Shown here: positions 39,228 to 48,705 of the stretch, piece after piece | Numbering within the stretch: the first letter of the stretch is position 1 | How the letters are laid out: each line of letters begins with the position of its first letter | Assembly (NCBI GenBank): GCA_963792585.1 | Contig: CAWBWI010000003.1 | Span: forward strand, 192,001-256,000 | Direction: 5' to 3' | DNA from: Candidatus Eiseniibacteriota bacterium | GTDB taxonomy: Bacteria; Eisenbacteria; RBG-16-71-46; CAIMUX01; VGJL01 | DNA: 64,000 bases | Program-made: the position numbers and the translations under genes | The notes under the pieces: model-generated | Seen by the model: only the letters and a program-made list of their open reading frames with translations | Told to the model about the DNA's origin: nothing | Databases searched by the model: none

Positions 39228-40284
39228 GCGTGACGCGAAGCGGAGGCTGATCCGCTTCCTCACCCCCCTCTTCCCGGATCGTCGGGGAGATGGGAAGCTG
39301 CGCCGTGTCCTCTTCATCCGTGTGGACGATCGCCTCGGAAACGTGCTCATGCTGTCGCCTGCGATCGATTGGCTCCACCGCACGCGTCCCGAGATCGAGA
39401 TCGGGTTGGTCATCGGGAAGACCTTCGCCTCGATCTACGGGGCCGATCCACGCATCCGCCGCAGCATTGTCCTCGACAAGGATGCTCAAAAGGCCTTCTT
39501 CCCGACCTTTCTGCGGGATCTCGCCCGCGTCGGCTCGATTCGAGCAGACGGCGTCATCGAGTGCAGCGATCGGAACGCATTCTCATTCAACAGCGCCCTC
39601 TACGCACGGGCGAGCCGCGCCCCGCGCCGCGTCGGATTCGGGAATGATCTCTCGATCCACTACCTGACCGATCCGGTATCGCCCCCGGAAACGAAGCACG
39701 CTGCGCGCGATCCACTCTGCCTTGCTGCGGCGCTCCTGGGCGCGCCTCCTCCGAAGGACTGCCGCCTTTCCCTGCGACTGCCTGCGCCGGGCGACGTATG
39801 GAAATCAACCCTGGACGGACTCTCAAAGGGCGCGGAAGACCGTATCGTCGGCTTGCACGTCGGGGGGCGCGGCGACAAGCGCTGGCCGATCGAACGGTTC
39901 GTCGGCGTGGCGGCGGCCCTTGCCGCGGAGGGATGGCGCCCGTGGGTTTTCCAGGGCCCGATGGAAGAAGATGCCGCACCGCTCTTCGAGCCCCTACGGC
40001 CCCACGGACTGGTCCTGGTACCGAGGGCCGACGTGGTCGAGATCGCGCACGCCCTCGCCCGATGCCGCCTCGTCATCGCGCCGGACACAGGGCCGATGCA
40101 CCTCGCCTCCGCCGTCGCGCCGCGCACCCTCGCCCTATTCACGAATTCGGAAGCGGAGAGATACCATCCGCTCGGCCCCGATGACCGATGGATCGACGCC
40201 CGTGGGGATGAACTCACCGTCGAGCGGGTCATCGGGGAGGCTGTGCGGATGCTCGGATCGCGCGGCATGGAGGCTATTCGATGA
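39217..40284 (+). CDS. Glycosyltransferase family 9 (heptosyltransferase-like)
   Basis: IRVDDRLGNVLM, KRWP, PDTGPMHLA; ATG overlaps the end of the ligase gene. Confidence 0.9.
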   Translation: MGFERDAKRRLIRFLTPLFPDRRGDGKLRRVLFIRVDDRLGNVLMLSPAIDWLHRTRPEIEIGLVIGKTFASIYGADPRIRRSIVLDKDAQKAFFPTFLRDLARVGSIRADGVIECSDRNAFSFNSALYARASRAPRRVGFGNDLSIHYLTDPVSPPETKHAARDPLCLAAALLGAPPPKDCRLSLRLPAPGDVWKSTLDGLSKGAEDRIVGLHVGGRGDKRWPIERFVGVAAALAAEGWRPWVFQGPMEEDAAPLFEPLRPHGLVLVPRADVVEIAHALARCRLVIAPDTGPMHLASAVAPRTLALFTNSEAERYHPLGPDDRWIDARGDELTVERVIGEAVRMLGSRGMEAIR

Positions 40285-42146
40285 GACTTTACGCGCGTCT
40301 GCTCGGCTTCCTGCGGCCCCATCTTCGTCTCCTCGTACTCTCGATCGTCTGCATGACGGTCTTCGCCGCCTTCTCCGGGGGGACCATCGCACTGGTCGTA
40401 CCGTTCAGCCGCATCATCTTCCAGGGCGGAAATATCGAGAACCCGGCGGCGCTTCTGGAGCCTCCCGCCTCGATGCCGTCATCCTCCCAGGCGAAAGAAC
40501 CGGGATGGTTCGAGAGTCTGCAGGAAGGTTTCAAGGAGAGGGTCTACGCGACCGTCCGTGGTCACGATCCGGTCGAAACCCTCGGCCGCTTCTGCTTGCT
40601 GATCCTCTTCGTATTCTTGCTGAAGAACCTCTTCTGGTACGCGCAGTCCTACTTAATTGTGAAAGTAGAACAGGGGGTGATCCAAGATATCCGGAACACG
40701 CTCTACCTGCAGTACCTCGATCTGCCGGTGGAGTACTACAACGAGGCGCGCTCCGGCACGTTGCTCTCCCGAATCACGAACGACGTAAGCCTGGTGCGGG
40801 GCGCAATCGCCAACGGATTCGCGCAGGCGATTCGACAGACCTTGCTCGTCGCCGCCTATCTCGCCGCGGTTCTGTCGGCGAACTGGAAGCTCTTCCTCGT
40901 CACGTTGGTCGTCGCGCCGCCGAGTTTCTACCTGATCGGCAACATCGGTCGCAGGCTGCGTCGCTACAGCACGAGGAGTCAGGAACGGATGGGGGATCTC
41001 ACCGGGGCCCTCCAGGAGACGATTACCGGCGTGCGCGTCATCAAGGGATTCAATCTCGAGCGGCTCATGGGGGATCGGTTTCGCCGCGTGAACCAAGCGT
41101 ACACCAATGCCATGGTCCGGATGACCCGAACGGGATCGCTCGCCCCCCCGATCACAGAGATCCTCGGCGCGGCCGTCGGCGTCGTCATCCTCTACATCGG
41201 GGGGCGCGACATCGTTCGTGGGACGGGGATGGATGCCGGACGGTTCCTGATGTTCCTCGTCGCCCTGTTCGCGCTCATGCAACCGATCAGAACGCTCTCG
41301 CAGGTGAACATCCAGATTCAGGAGGGACTGGCGGCGGCGGCGCGGATCTTCGAGGTCCTCGACACGAAGCCAAGCCTCGCGGAGAGGTCCGATGCGGTCG
41401 CCATGCCGAGTGAGATTCGAGAGATCCGATTCGAGGACGTGTCGTTCTCCTACGTAGCCGGCAAACCCGTCCTCACGAACATGAGCTTCGCCGTTCCCGC
41501 AGGATCGATGATCGCCATCGTAGGACCGAGCGGCGCGGGCAAGACGACCCTCGTCGACCTGATTCCTCGCTTCTATGATCCTCAGAAAGGACGCGTCCTC
41601 ATCAACGGGGTCGATCTGCGCGACATGTCCCTCTCCGGCCTTCGCGGGGCCATCGGCCTCGTGACCCAGGAGACGGTGCTCTTCGACGATACCGTCGGGG
41701 CGAACATCGCGTTGGGCCGGCCGGGGGCCGCGCCCCGCGAACTCGAGGAAGCGGCCCACGCCGCGAACGCGGACGGATTCATCCGGGACATGCCCGAAGG
41801 GTACGCAACGCCGATCGGCGACCGGGGTGTCAAGCTCTCCGGTGGCCAACGGCAACGTCTCGCGATCGCCCGCGCGATCCTGAAGAATCCTCCGATACTC
41901 ATCTTCGACGAGGCGACATCGGCCCTCGACAGCGAGAGCGAGGCGTTGGTCCAAGAAGCCCTCGACCGTCTGGTGCGCGACCGGACAACCTTCGTCATCG
42001 CGCACCGCCTGTCGACGGTGCGGAGGGCCGATCGGATCCTCGTAATCGAGAACGGTCGAATCTCCGATTCCGGATCCCACGAGGAGCTGCTCGCGCGCGG
42101 CGGGACCTACCGGCGGCTTCACGAGATGCAGTTCCGCGATCTCTAG
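40281..42146 (+). CDS. msbA: MsbA-like lipid A-core flippase (ABC permease/ATPase)
   Basis: TM domain, SRITNDV, GPSGAGKT, LSGGQRQR, FDEATSALD; located in the LPS cluster. Confidence 0.85.
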   Translation: MRLYARLLGFLRPHLRLLVLSIVCMTVFAAFSGGTIALVVPFSRIIFQGGNIENPAALLEPPASMPSSSQAKEPGWFESLQEGFKERVYATVRGHDPVETLGRFCLLILFVFLLKNLFWYAQSYLIVKVEQGVIQDIRNTLYLQYLDLPVEYYNEARSGTLLSRITNDVSLVRGAIANGFAQAIRQTLLVAAYLAAVLSANWKLFLVTLVVAPPSFYLIGNIGRRLRRYSTRSQERMGDLTGALQETITGVRVIKGFNLERLMGDRFRRVNQAYTNAMVRMTRTGSLAPPITEILGAAVGVVILYIGGRDIVRGTGMDAGRFLMFLVALFALMQPIRTLSQVNIQIQEGLAAAARIFEVLDTKPSLAERSDAVAMPSEIREIRFEDVSFSYVAGKPVLTNMSFAVPAGSMIAIVGPSGAGKTTLVDLIPRFYDPQKGRVLINGVDLRDMSLSGLRGAIGLVTQETVLFDDTVGANIALGRPGAAPRELEEAAHAANADGFIRDMPEGYATPIGDRGVKLSGGQRQRLAIARAILKNPPILIFDEATSALDSESEALVQEALDRLVRDRTTFVIAHRLSTVRRADRILVIENGRISDSGSHEELLARGGTYRRLHEMQFRDL

Positions 42147-42251
42147 GCGCGGCCCTCGATCACGGTGCCATGTGCCGTAACATGGACCCGTGCCGCTGGG
42201 CATTGGAGCGGATATCCGTCGGGATGTATCCTATTGAGCGGGGAGCGTTAG

Positions 42252-43361
42252 ATGATCAAACAGCCATACAACGACTCGTGCCGTCTCTTCAACGGCTACC
42301 GTCCCTGCTTTCCACGGTATTTCTGCGAGGGGTGCACGGAAGCTCAGCCGTTCGATCGCACGATCCTGCTCATCAATCTCGATGCGATGGGCGACGTCCT
42401 GATGACGACCTGCGCCCTTCCGCCCCTGCGCCGGCTCTACCCTCAAGCGCTGCTCACATGGCTTACCATGCCCGTTCATGCGCCGTTGCTCGCGAACAAT
42501 CCGATGATCGACCGTGTCTGGGCTTTCGACCCCCCGACCCTGACCACACTTGCCGCGATGGAATTCGATCTGATCCTGAATGTCGACAAGGGGCGCCCGA
42601 GCTGCGCCCTCGCCACCACGCTGCGCGCGAAGGAGCGACGGGGGTTCGGCCTTGGTCCAACCGGCGTCGTCGTCCCCCTGAACCCGGAGGCAGCGTACCT
42701 CTATCGTCTCGGACTCGATGATCATCTCAAATTCGTCGTGAACGATAGGACCGGCCAGGATCTCCTTGCCGAATCCCTGGCCTTCCCGTACGCACGCGAC
42801 CCCTACATACTCAACCTTACCGAAGAGGAACGCCTCTTCGTCTCGGACTACCGGATCCACATCGGTGGTCACCGCACGGTCGGCATCCAAACCGGCGCCA
42901 GCGACCTCTATCCATTGAAGAGCTTCACCGAAGATCAGGTCGTCGATTTGATCGGTCGGATCCAGACCACCCACAGTGAGGCCAGGATCCTTCTTCTCGG
43001 CGGACCGGCAGAGACGGAACGCAACGCGCGCATCGCCCGTCGCGCCGGCCACGTTGCCGTCGAGACTCCGACTACGGAAGGGCTGCGTCGAGGGATCCTC
43101 TACATTGATGCCTGCGACGTGGTGGTCAGTCCCGACTCAGGCGCCTTGCACATTGCGATCGCTCTCGGCAAGTGGGTTGTTGGTTGGTTCAACATTTCCT
43201 GTCCGCAGGAGATCGACATGTTCGACCGAGGCGTGAAGGTGATGACACCGCTCGCTTGTAGCCCCTGTTGGCGCCGGGAGTGCCCCGACCCGATCTGCGG
43301 GCCGATGGCTGACCTGGAGGCGATCGTCGCCGGCGTGAGCACGGGCTTGGATCGTATCTGA
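42252..43361 (+). CDS. Glycosyltransferase family 9 with Cys-rich termini
   Basis: DAMGDVL.TT, LLGGP.E, DSGALHIA; N-terminal C..F.G..PC...C..C and C-terminal CSPC...C...C. Confidence 0.9.
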   Translation: MIKQPYNDSCRLFNGYRPCFPRYFCEGCTEAQPFDRTILLINLDAMGDVLMTTCALPPLRRLYPQALLTWLTMPVHAPLLANNPMIDRVWAFDPPTLTTLAAMEFDLILNVDKGRPSCALATTLRAKERRGFGLGPTGVVVPLNPEAAYLYRLGLDDHLKFVVNDRTGQDLLAESLAFPYARDPYILNLTEEERLFVSDYRIHIGGHRTVGIQTGASDLYPLKSFTEDQVVDLIGRIQTTHSEARILLLGGPAETERNARIARRAGHVAVETPTTEGLRRGILYIDACDVVVSPDSGALHIAIALGKWVVGWFNISCPQEIDMFDRGVKVMTPLACSPCWRRECPDPICGPMADLEAIVAGVSTGLDRI

Positions 43362-43450
43362 CGACCCCTTCGGAACCTTGCGGGGACCACTCGACGGATA
43401 GCGCTCGATGCCGTCGTCCGCGCGCATCCCCACCGCGCAACACCCGGCTT

Positions 43451-44434
43451 TCATCCCTGAACGAAACCAGTCCATTGCCTCCAGAGCGCATCCTGGGCCT
43501 CGCGAATCTCACCCGCGAGTCCTTCTCCCGCGACGACCGCCTTGTGACGTGGATCCCCCGGTGGATGCCACGATGCCGGACCCGTGGAAACGAAAACGGT
43601 GACCGTCTGAACCCCGATGGCGGCGGCCAGGTGCTTCGGCCCACCGTCATTCGCAACGAGGACGCGGGATCGTTCGATCAATGCCGCCAGAATGCGCAAA
43701 GACGGCGTCCGATCCAGCCGCGGCACTCGGAAGGGGAGGATCCGGCGGACCTCGTCCTCCTGCTCCTCCTCACCGGGACCACGAAGGAGGAGAATCTCCG
43801 CGTGGAGTTCTTCGTGGGCCCAGAGCGCCAGGCTCGCGAACCCTTCGGGTGACCAGCGTTTCGATCCCTTGCGGGAGGTCGGCGCGACTGCGAGCAAGGG
43901 CGCGCCGGACGGGAACCCCGCCCTCTCGAGCAGCCCCGCGGCGTCGCGCCGCTCCTCCGCTGTGAGGAAGAGCTCGGTCTCGAAACCCCTGGCTGCGATC
44001 CCTATCGCTCTCAGCAGGTCGAGCCTGCGGTCTACCGTGTACTTACTTCGGTCGGGAGTCTCGGCGATGTTGTACACCCACCGACGCGGTAGGCGGACGC
44101 GGAAGCCTACTCGGACCGGCGCGCCGCTGAGCCATGTGATGACACAACTCCGGGGCGTCCCCGAGAGGTCGACGACGACTCCGGGGTGTTCCTGTCGCAG
44201 TGCAGTCCGGAGCCTGCTCCAGTCCGCGAGTCCCATCGATGGTGGGATCGTCAGGATTGCGTCGCAATTCGGATTTCCATGCAGTAGCGGGCCGTTCGAC
44301 GCCTCGGTAAGGAATGCGATCCGGCGCTCCGGCCAGTCGGCGCGTAGTGCGCGGAGGAGCGGCGTGCAGAGCAGCACATCTCCGACCCGCTTCTGCTGGA
44401 CGACGAGGACGCGCGCACTCGCTTCCGATGCCAT
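43451..44434 (-). CDS. Glycosyltransferase family 9
   Basis: VGDVLLCTP, KRWS, NDGGPKHLA; ATG 44434 lies 8 nt after the rtcB stop. Confidence 0.9.
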   Translation of the reverse strand: MASEASARVLVVQQKRVGDVLLCTPLLRALRADWPERRIAFLTEASNGPLLHGNPNCDAILTIPPSMGLADWSRLRTALRQEHPGVVVDLSGTPRSCVITWLSGAPVRVGFRVRLPRRWVYNIAETPDRSKYTVDRRLDLLRAIGIAARGFETELFLTAEERRDAAGLLERAGFPSGAPLLAVAPTSRKGSKRWSPEGFASLALWAHEELHAEILLLRGPGEEEQEDEVRRILPFRVPRLDRTPSLRILAALIERSRVLVANDGGPKHLAAAIGVQTVTVFVSTGPASWHPPGDPRHKAVVAGEGLAGEIREAQDALWRQWTGFVQG

Positions 44435-44442
44435 GCGATCGC

Positions 44443-45891
44443 CTAGCCCTTGATCACGCCGATTGGGCGCAGTCGGGCGACCTTGACGCTGATCCCCGAT
44501 CGCTCCATGACGTCGACCACCCTGCCGACCTCCTTGTAAGCTCCCCGCATCTCCTCGGCGAGTGTCCCGCGCCCTTTCGCCATGACGGTGATTCCGTCTT
44601 CGGCCAGCTCGCGCACAAGGTCCCGTTTTCCGAATCGAGCCTTTGCCGCGGTGCGCGACAACATCCGCCCGGCCCCGTGACAGGTCGACCCGAATGTCTC
44701 CACCAGCGATCGCTCGGTCCCGAGGCACAGGTAGCTCTCGGTCGCCATGTCCCCGGGGACGATCACCGGCTGCCCGCAGTCCCACGGCGGGTCCTGGCCG
44801 CGCGGCACGTGTGCACGCGTGGCACCCTTGCGGTGGACACAGAGCCGGCGGGAACGTCCATCCACTTCGTGGGTCTCGAACTTCGCGACATTGTGGCAAA
44901 CATCGTAGATCAGACGCAGGCCAACGTCGCGGGGAGAGCGCTCCATTCCCTCGATCAACGACCTCTCGGCAAGGTGCATGATCGTCTGCCGATTCGCCCA
45001 GGCGAAGTTCGCCGCGCAGGCCATCGCGGACAGGTACGCACGCCCCTCCTCGGAATCGAGGGGTGCGCAGGCAAGCTGGCGATCGGGGAGGCGGATGTCG
45101 TAGCGCTGCATCGCCCGCCCCATGATGCGCAGGTAGTCGTCGCAAACCTGATAGCCGAACCCGCGCGATCCGGTGTGAATCAAGATCGCGATTCGTCCCT
45201 CCTCGATTCCGAACTCCCGCGCCGCCGTGGGATGGTAGATCCGGTCGATCACATCGATTTCTGCGAAGTGGTTCCCAGACCCAAGGGTGCCTATTTGCTC
45301 CACTCCCCGCTCGTGCGCACGTTCGCTCACGAGCGAGGGATCGGCGCCGGCGAGACAGCCATGCTCTTCGATGTACTCGAGTTGTCCTTTGTGCCCATAT
45401 CCTTGCTCGATCGCCCAGGCGGCTCCCTTGACCATCACCCGATCCAGTTCCTTCTTCGATACCCGCGGGATCGCCCCCTCCGAACCAACGCCGCACGGGA
45501 TATTCGAGAAGAAGCGGGAAACGACCTGCTCGATTCGGGGCCGCACCTCCTCCACCGAGAGCGCCGTGGCGCACAGACGCACGCCACAATTGATGTCGTA
45601 CCCCACGCCACCGGGCGAGATGACGCCACCCAGTTCGGGGTCGGTCGCCGCGACCCCACCGATTGGGAAACCGTAGCCCCAGTGAATGTCCGGCATCGCC
45701 AGGGAGTAACCGACAATTCCTGGAAGGTGCGCGACGTTCTTGACCTGTGTGAGGCCCCCCTCGCCGCGGATCGAGGCCAACAGCATTTCGTCCGCATAGA
45801 TGCGCCCGGGCACACGCATCCCCCCGCTCCTCGGAATCTCGAAGAGCGTGTCGTGCACCTTTCGCAGCTCGATCGACTCGTCCTTGTTCAT
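44443..45891 (-). CDS. rtcB: RNA 3'-phosphate/5'-OH ligase RtcB (long, archaeal/eukaryal-like form)
   Basis: MPDIHWGYGFPIGG, GYDINCG, GTLGSGNHF, HTGSRG, HNVAK, HRKGAT, CHGAGR, AYK, C-terminal IKG. Confidence 0.96.
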   Translation of the reverse strand: MNKDESIELRKVHDTLFEIPRSGGMRVPGRIYADEMLLASIRGEGGLTQVKNVAHLPGIVGYSLAMPDIHWGYGFPIGGVAATDPELGGVISPGGVGYDINCGVRLCATALSVEEVRPRIEQVVSRFFSNIPCGVGSEGAIPRVSKKELDRVMVKGAAWAIEQGYGHKGQLEYIEEHGCLAGADPSLVSERAHERGVEQIGTLGSGNHFAEIDVIDRIYHPTAAREFGIEEGRIAILIHTGSRGFGYQVCDDYLRIMGRAMQRYDIRLPDRQLACAPLDSEEGRAYLSAMACAANFAWANRQTIMHLAERSLIEGMERSPRDVGLRLIYDVCHNVAKFETHEVDGRSRRLCVHRKGATRAHVPRGQDPPWDCGQPVIVPGDMATESYLCLGTERSLVETFGSTCHGAGRMLSRTAAKARFGKRDLVRELAEDGITVMAKGRGTLAEEMRGAYKEVGRVVDVMERSGISVKVARLRPIGVIKG

Positions 45892-45903
45892 TCTCCCGTC
45901 CTG

Positions 45904-46359
45904 CTAGATGTCGAAGATGACCGTTGTCGACCACCGGTGCGATCCGTCAGTCTCCTGTTCCCTTCGTACAGCAAGATCGTGGTAGGTCGCCGCCTTGATG
46001 TCCATCCGCACCTCATGGCGCGTTCGGTCGAGCGACTCCCCCTCGATCCGGGCGCGCACCCTGCGCGGGGTTACCTCCTGAATCTCGATGCGGGCGGGCA
46101 CGAACCGTTTCACCTCGAACCTGTAGAGGATCTCCTGCAGCCAGGCGATGAGGGTTTCTTCCAAGTCGGCCCCATCGACGGCAACTTCCTCGGTCCGCCC
46201 CGGCCGAACCTTCGCGGGATCGGTCAAGAGGGAGACCATCCCCAGCGCAGCTTGGTCGAAGAGCCCTTCCAGCGTAGGGGCCCAGATCCGCAGTCCGACA
46301 TCCGCCGTGTGTTCGACGATCGCGAATCCGGCGGGGTCCTTCGGTCCGGTTCCGTTCAT
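45904..46359 (-). CDS. Archease (RtcB activating cofactor)
   Basis: HTADVG, LF..AA..M, W..E.LY, IKAATYH, C-terminal FDI; directly upstream of rtcB. Confidence 0.95.
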   Translation of the reverse strand: MNGTGPKDPAGFAIVEHTADVGLRIWAPTLEGLFDQAALGMVSLLTDPAKVRPGRTEEVAVDGADLEETLIAWLQEILYRFEVKRFVPARIEIQEVTPRRVRARIEGESLDRTRHEVRMDIKAATYHDLAVRREQETDGSHRWSTTVIFDI

Positions 46360-46385
46360 TCGGAAGGAGATGCTACCATGAAGCC

Positions 46386-47318
46386 ATGGATCCTCTCGAA
46401 GCCTACTCGGCCGCCGTTACCCGCGCCGTGGAAACCGCGGGCCCCGCCGTTGTGCGGATCGACGTCGCCCACAGGGGTGCGCGGACCCACGGCGAGGGGT
46501 TGGGGAGCGGTGTGATCGTGCGACCCAACGGCATCATCGTGACCAACGAGCATGTCGTTCACGGGGCGACGAGGATTCGGGTCGGCCTCAGCGACGGGCG
46601 CAACATGACCGGGGCTATCCTGGGTCGTGACGGCCGCCATGACCTTGCGGTCGTTCAGGTCGAGGGTGGTGGTCTGCCTACGGCGCAGTTCGGCGATTCG
46701 CGGGCGTTGAGGGTCGGCGAGCTTGTCGTTGCGCTGGGGAATCCACTGGGATTGAAGCTCACCGCCACCGCCGGGGTGGTTTCCGCGTTGGGTCGCTCAC
46801 TGCGGCTGGGCCGCACCCGCCTCCTCGAGGAAATGATCCAGACCGATGCGTCGATCAACCCGGGCAACTCCGGGGGGCCCCTCGTCGACGTCCATGGTTG
46901 CGTGGTCGGGATCAACACGGCGATTATCGCGGGGGCGCAGGGGCTTGGTTTTGCCGTCGCCAGCCACGTCGTTTCCGAAGCGGTCGCCGACATCGTGGAC
47001 CGCGGCATCCGCGCCGACGTCTGGCTCGGCCTCGGAGGGGAACCGGCGCAAATCGACTCCCTTCTCGCCTCGCGCCTCGAGATCCGGCAGAAGGTCGGCC
47101 TGATGGTTCTGAGCGTCGCGCCGGGAAGTCCAGCCGAGCGGTCCGGAATTCAGATGATCGACGTGCTGTGCACTGTTGACGGGAAGCCCGTAGCCTCGAT
47201 GGAACAACTGCGTATGGTCCTTCGCACGCATGCTCCGGGAGATGCCATCATGGTGACACTCCTTCGAAGAGACACCGCCCGGGACATCCCCATCACCCTT
47301 GCGGGCTACCCTGATTGA
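46386..47318 (+). CDS. HtrA/DegQ-like serine protease with one PDZ domain; no signal peptide seen
   Basis: GSG, TNEHVV, DLAV, IQTDASINPGNSGGPL, PDZ. Confidence 0.93.
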   Translation: MDPLEAYSAAVTRAVETAGPAVVRIDVAHRGARTHGEGLGSGVIVRPNGIIVTNEHVVHGATRIRVGLSDGRNMTGAILGRDGRHDLAVVQVEGGGLPTAQFGDSRALRVGELVVALGNPLGLKLTATAGVVSALGRSLRLGRTRLLEEMIQTDASINPGNSGGPLVDVHGCVVGINTAIIAGAQGLGFAVASHVVSEAVADIVDRGIRADVWLGLGGEPAQIDSLLASRLEIRQKVGLMVLSVAPGSPAERSGIQMIDVLCTVDGKPVASMEQLRMVLRTHAPGDAIMVTLLRRDTARDIPITLAGYPD

Positions 47319-47324
47319 AGCGCC

Positions 47325-48572
47325 ATGCGTAAGTCCGCGTTGGCCGCCCACATCTTCCCGTTGATCGTGTCTATGCTCGTGATCACCCCTCCCACCCAGG
47401 CTGCGGGGGTGCGCAACCTGATCCTCTGTATCGGCGACGGAATGAGCGGCACCGCGATCACCGGTGGTCGCATCCTCGCGGGGCAACGCGCCGGGCTGTC
47501 GAATCCCGCCGAAGGGCACCTCTTCATCGACTCCTTCTCCGCCACAGCCTTCCTGGAGACCTACGCGTTGGACCATCTGGTCACCGATTCCGCGGCCGGG
47601 ATCACCGCACTCGTCACCGGAGAGAAGACGCAGGTCGGACGGCTTGGGATCGTCGCCCTCGAGGATGGGTCCGTCCGCACCCTTCGCACGATTCTCGAGA
47701 TGGCGGAGGAGCAGGGGCGCTCGACCGGGGTGGTCTCCACGACCCGGATCACCCACGCCACCCCGGCCGGCTGCTACTCCCATGAGCTCGATCGCGACGA
47801 GGAGTCTGCCATCGCCGTTCAGCTCCTCCCGGGCGACCCCAATTACAATCGCGCCCTCGGAAACGGTCTCGAAGTCGTGCTGGGCGGAGGCCGCCGCACT
47901 TTTCTCCCAAAGGGCAAGGAATGGCTCGACGAAGAGGGAGCGAGCGGGGGCCGGACCGATGGGCGCGATCTTCGCGCGGACTTTCGCAGGGCCGGCTACG
48001 CCTATGTATGGAATCGGGAAGAGCTGCTCCGGCTGGACGTTAGCCGGACGGATCGATTGCTGGGTCTTTTCGATTCCTCGCACATGGCCTACGACAGCGA
48101 GAGACCCCTCGACACAGGCGGCGAGCCGTCGCTCCGCGAGATGGCCGTGGTTGCGGTTCGGCTGCTCTCGAAGAACCCGAAGGGCTTCTTCCTCATGGTA
48201 GAGGGAGGGCGCATCGACCACGCCCTGCACGAGCGCCATGGTGTGCGCGCCTTCGAAGAGGTCATCGCCTTCGACGACGCAATTCGGGCAGTCGCGGCCC
48301 TGGTTGACCCGGAAGAAACCCTGTTGATCGTGACCGCAGATCATGCCCACGCCCTCTCCATGGTCGCGGATGCTCCGGACAGCCTCGGCCCGGAGGCGTT
48401 CGGGGGAGGGGGAAAGGTCCATTCGATCGATGCAGTCGCCCTCGGCGATCACGACGCTACGGATGTTCCATCATATGCTTGGGGCATAAAGCGTTACACG
48501 GAACGTCTGCACGGCACTCGGTCGAATACGGCGGTCTTCGAACTACTCCGGGACGCCTTGGCGGGGCACTAG
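47325..48572 (+). CDS. phoA: Alkaline phosphatase (PhoA family)
   Basis: Signal peptide; GDGM, TDSAA, THATP, EGGRIDHALH, TADH. Confidence 0.9.
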   Translation: MRKSALAAHIFPLIVSMLVITPPTQAAGVRNLILCIGDGMSGTAITGGRILAGQRAGLSNPAEGHLFIDSFSATAFLETYALDHLVTDSAAGITALVTGEKTQVGRLGIVALEDGSVRTLRTILEMAEEQGRSTGVVSTTRITHATPAGCYSHELDRDEESAIAVQLLPGDPNYNRALGNGLEVVLGGGRRTFLPKGKEWLDEEGASGGRTDGRDLRADFRRAGYAYVWNREELLRLDVSRTDRLLGLFDSSHMAYDSERPLDTGGEPSLREMAVVAVRLLSKNPKGFFLMVEGGRIDHALHERHGVRAFEEVIAFDDAIRAVAALVDPEETLLIVTADHAHALSMVADAPDSLGPEAFGGGGKVHSIDAVALGDHDATDVPSYAWGIKRYTERLHGTRSNTAVFELLRDALAGH

Positions 48573-48620
48573 CCTCCAGGGGACGAACCCCGGGCACACA
48601 CGACGAAGTATCGTTTCCCC

Positions 48621-48649
48621 TTGAGCACCGCCAGGCCCCCTGCTAACCT
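48621..48649 (+). promoter_or_regulatory. Putative sigma70 promoter of the yceI-family gene
   Basis: TTGAGC-N17-TAACCT with an extended TG. Confidence 0.4.
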
Positions 48650-48705
48650 GCCGATATGTAGTTCTCATGACAACTATGTGATTCCGAACATAGGAGGATT
48701 TCGCC

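Noticed and set aside
43451..45934. 827-aa ORF suggesting a large N-terminal fusion to GT9
   Set aside because: Its first 500 codons are an alternative frame over rtcB with Arg/Gly-rich non-protein-like sequence; the GT9 starts at ATG 44434.
44314..48452. Long antisense ORFs (44314-46515, 46797-48452; likewise 1250-2641, 10038-11567, 13014-14465, 40653-42203)
   Set aside because: These are shadow frames opposite well-supported genes, expected at high GC, and show no motifs.
47325..48572. PHO box linking the alkaline phosphatase to the pst operon
   Set aside because: The gene starts 6 nt after the htrA stop and I see no CTGTCAT-like direct repeats.
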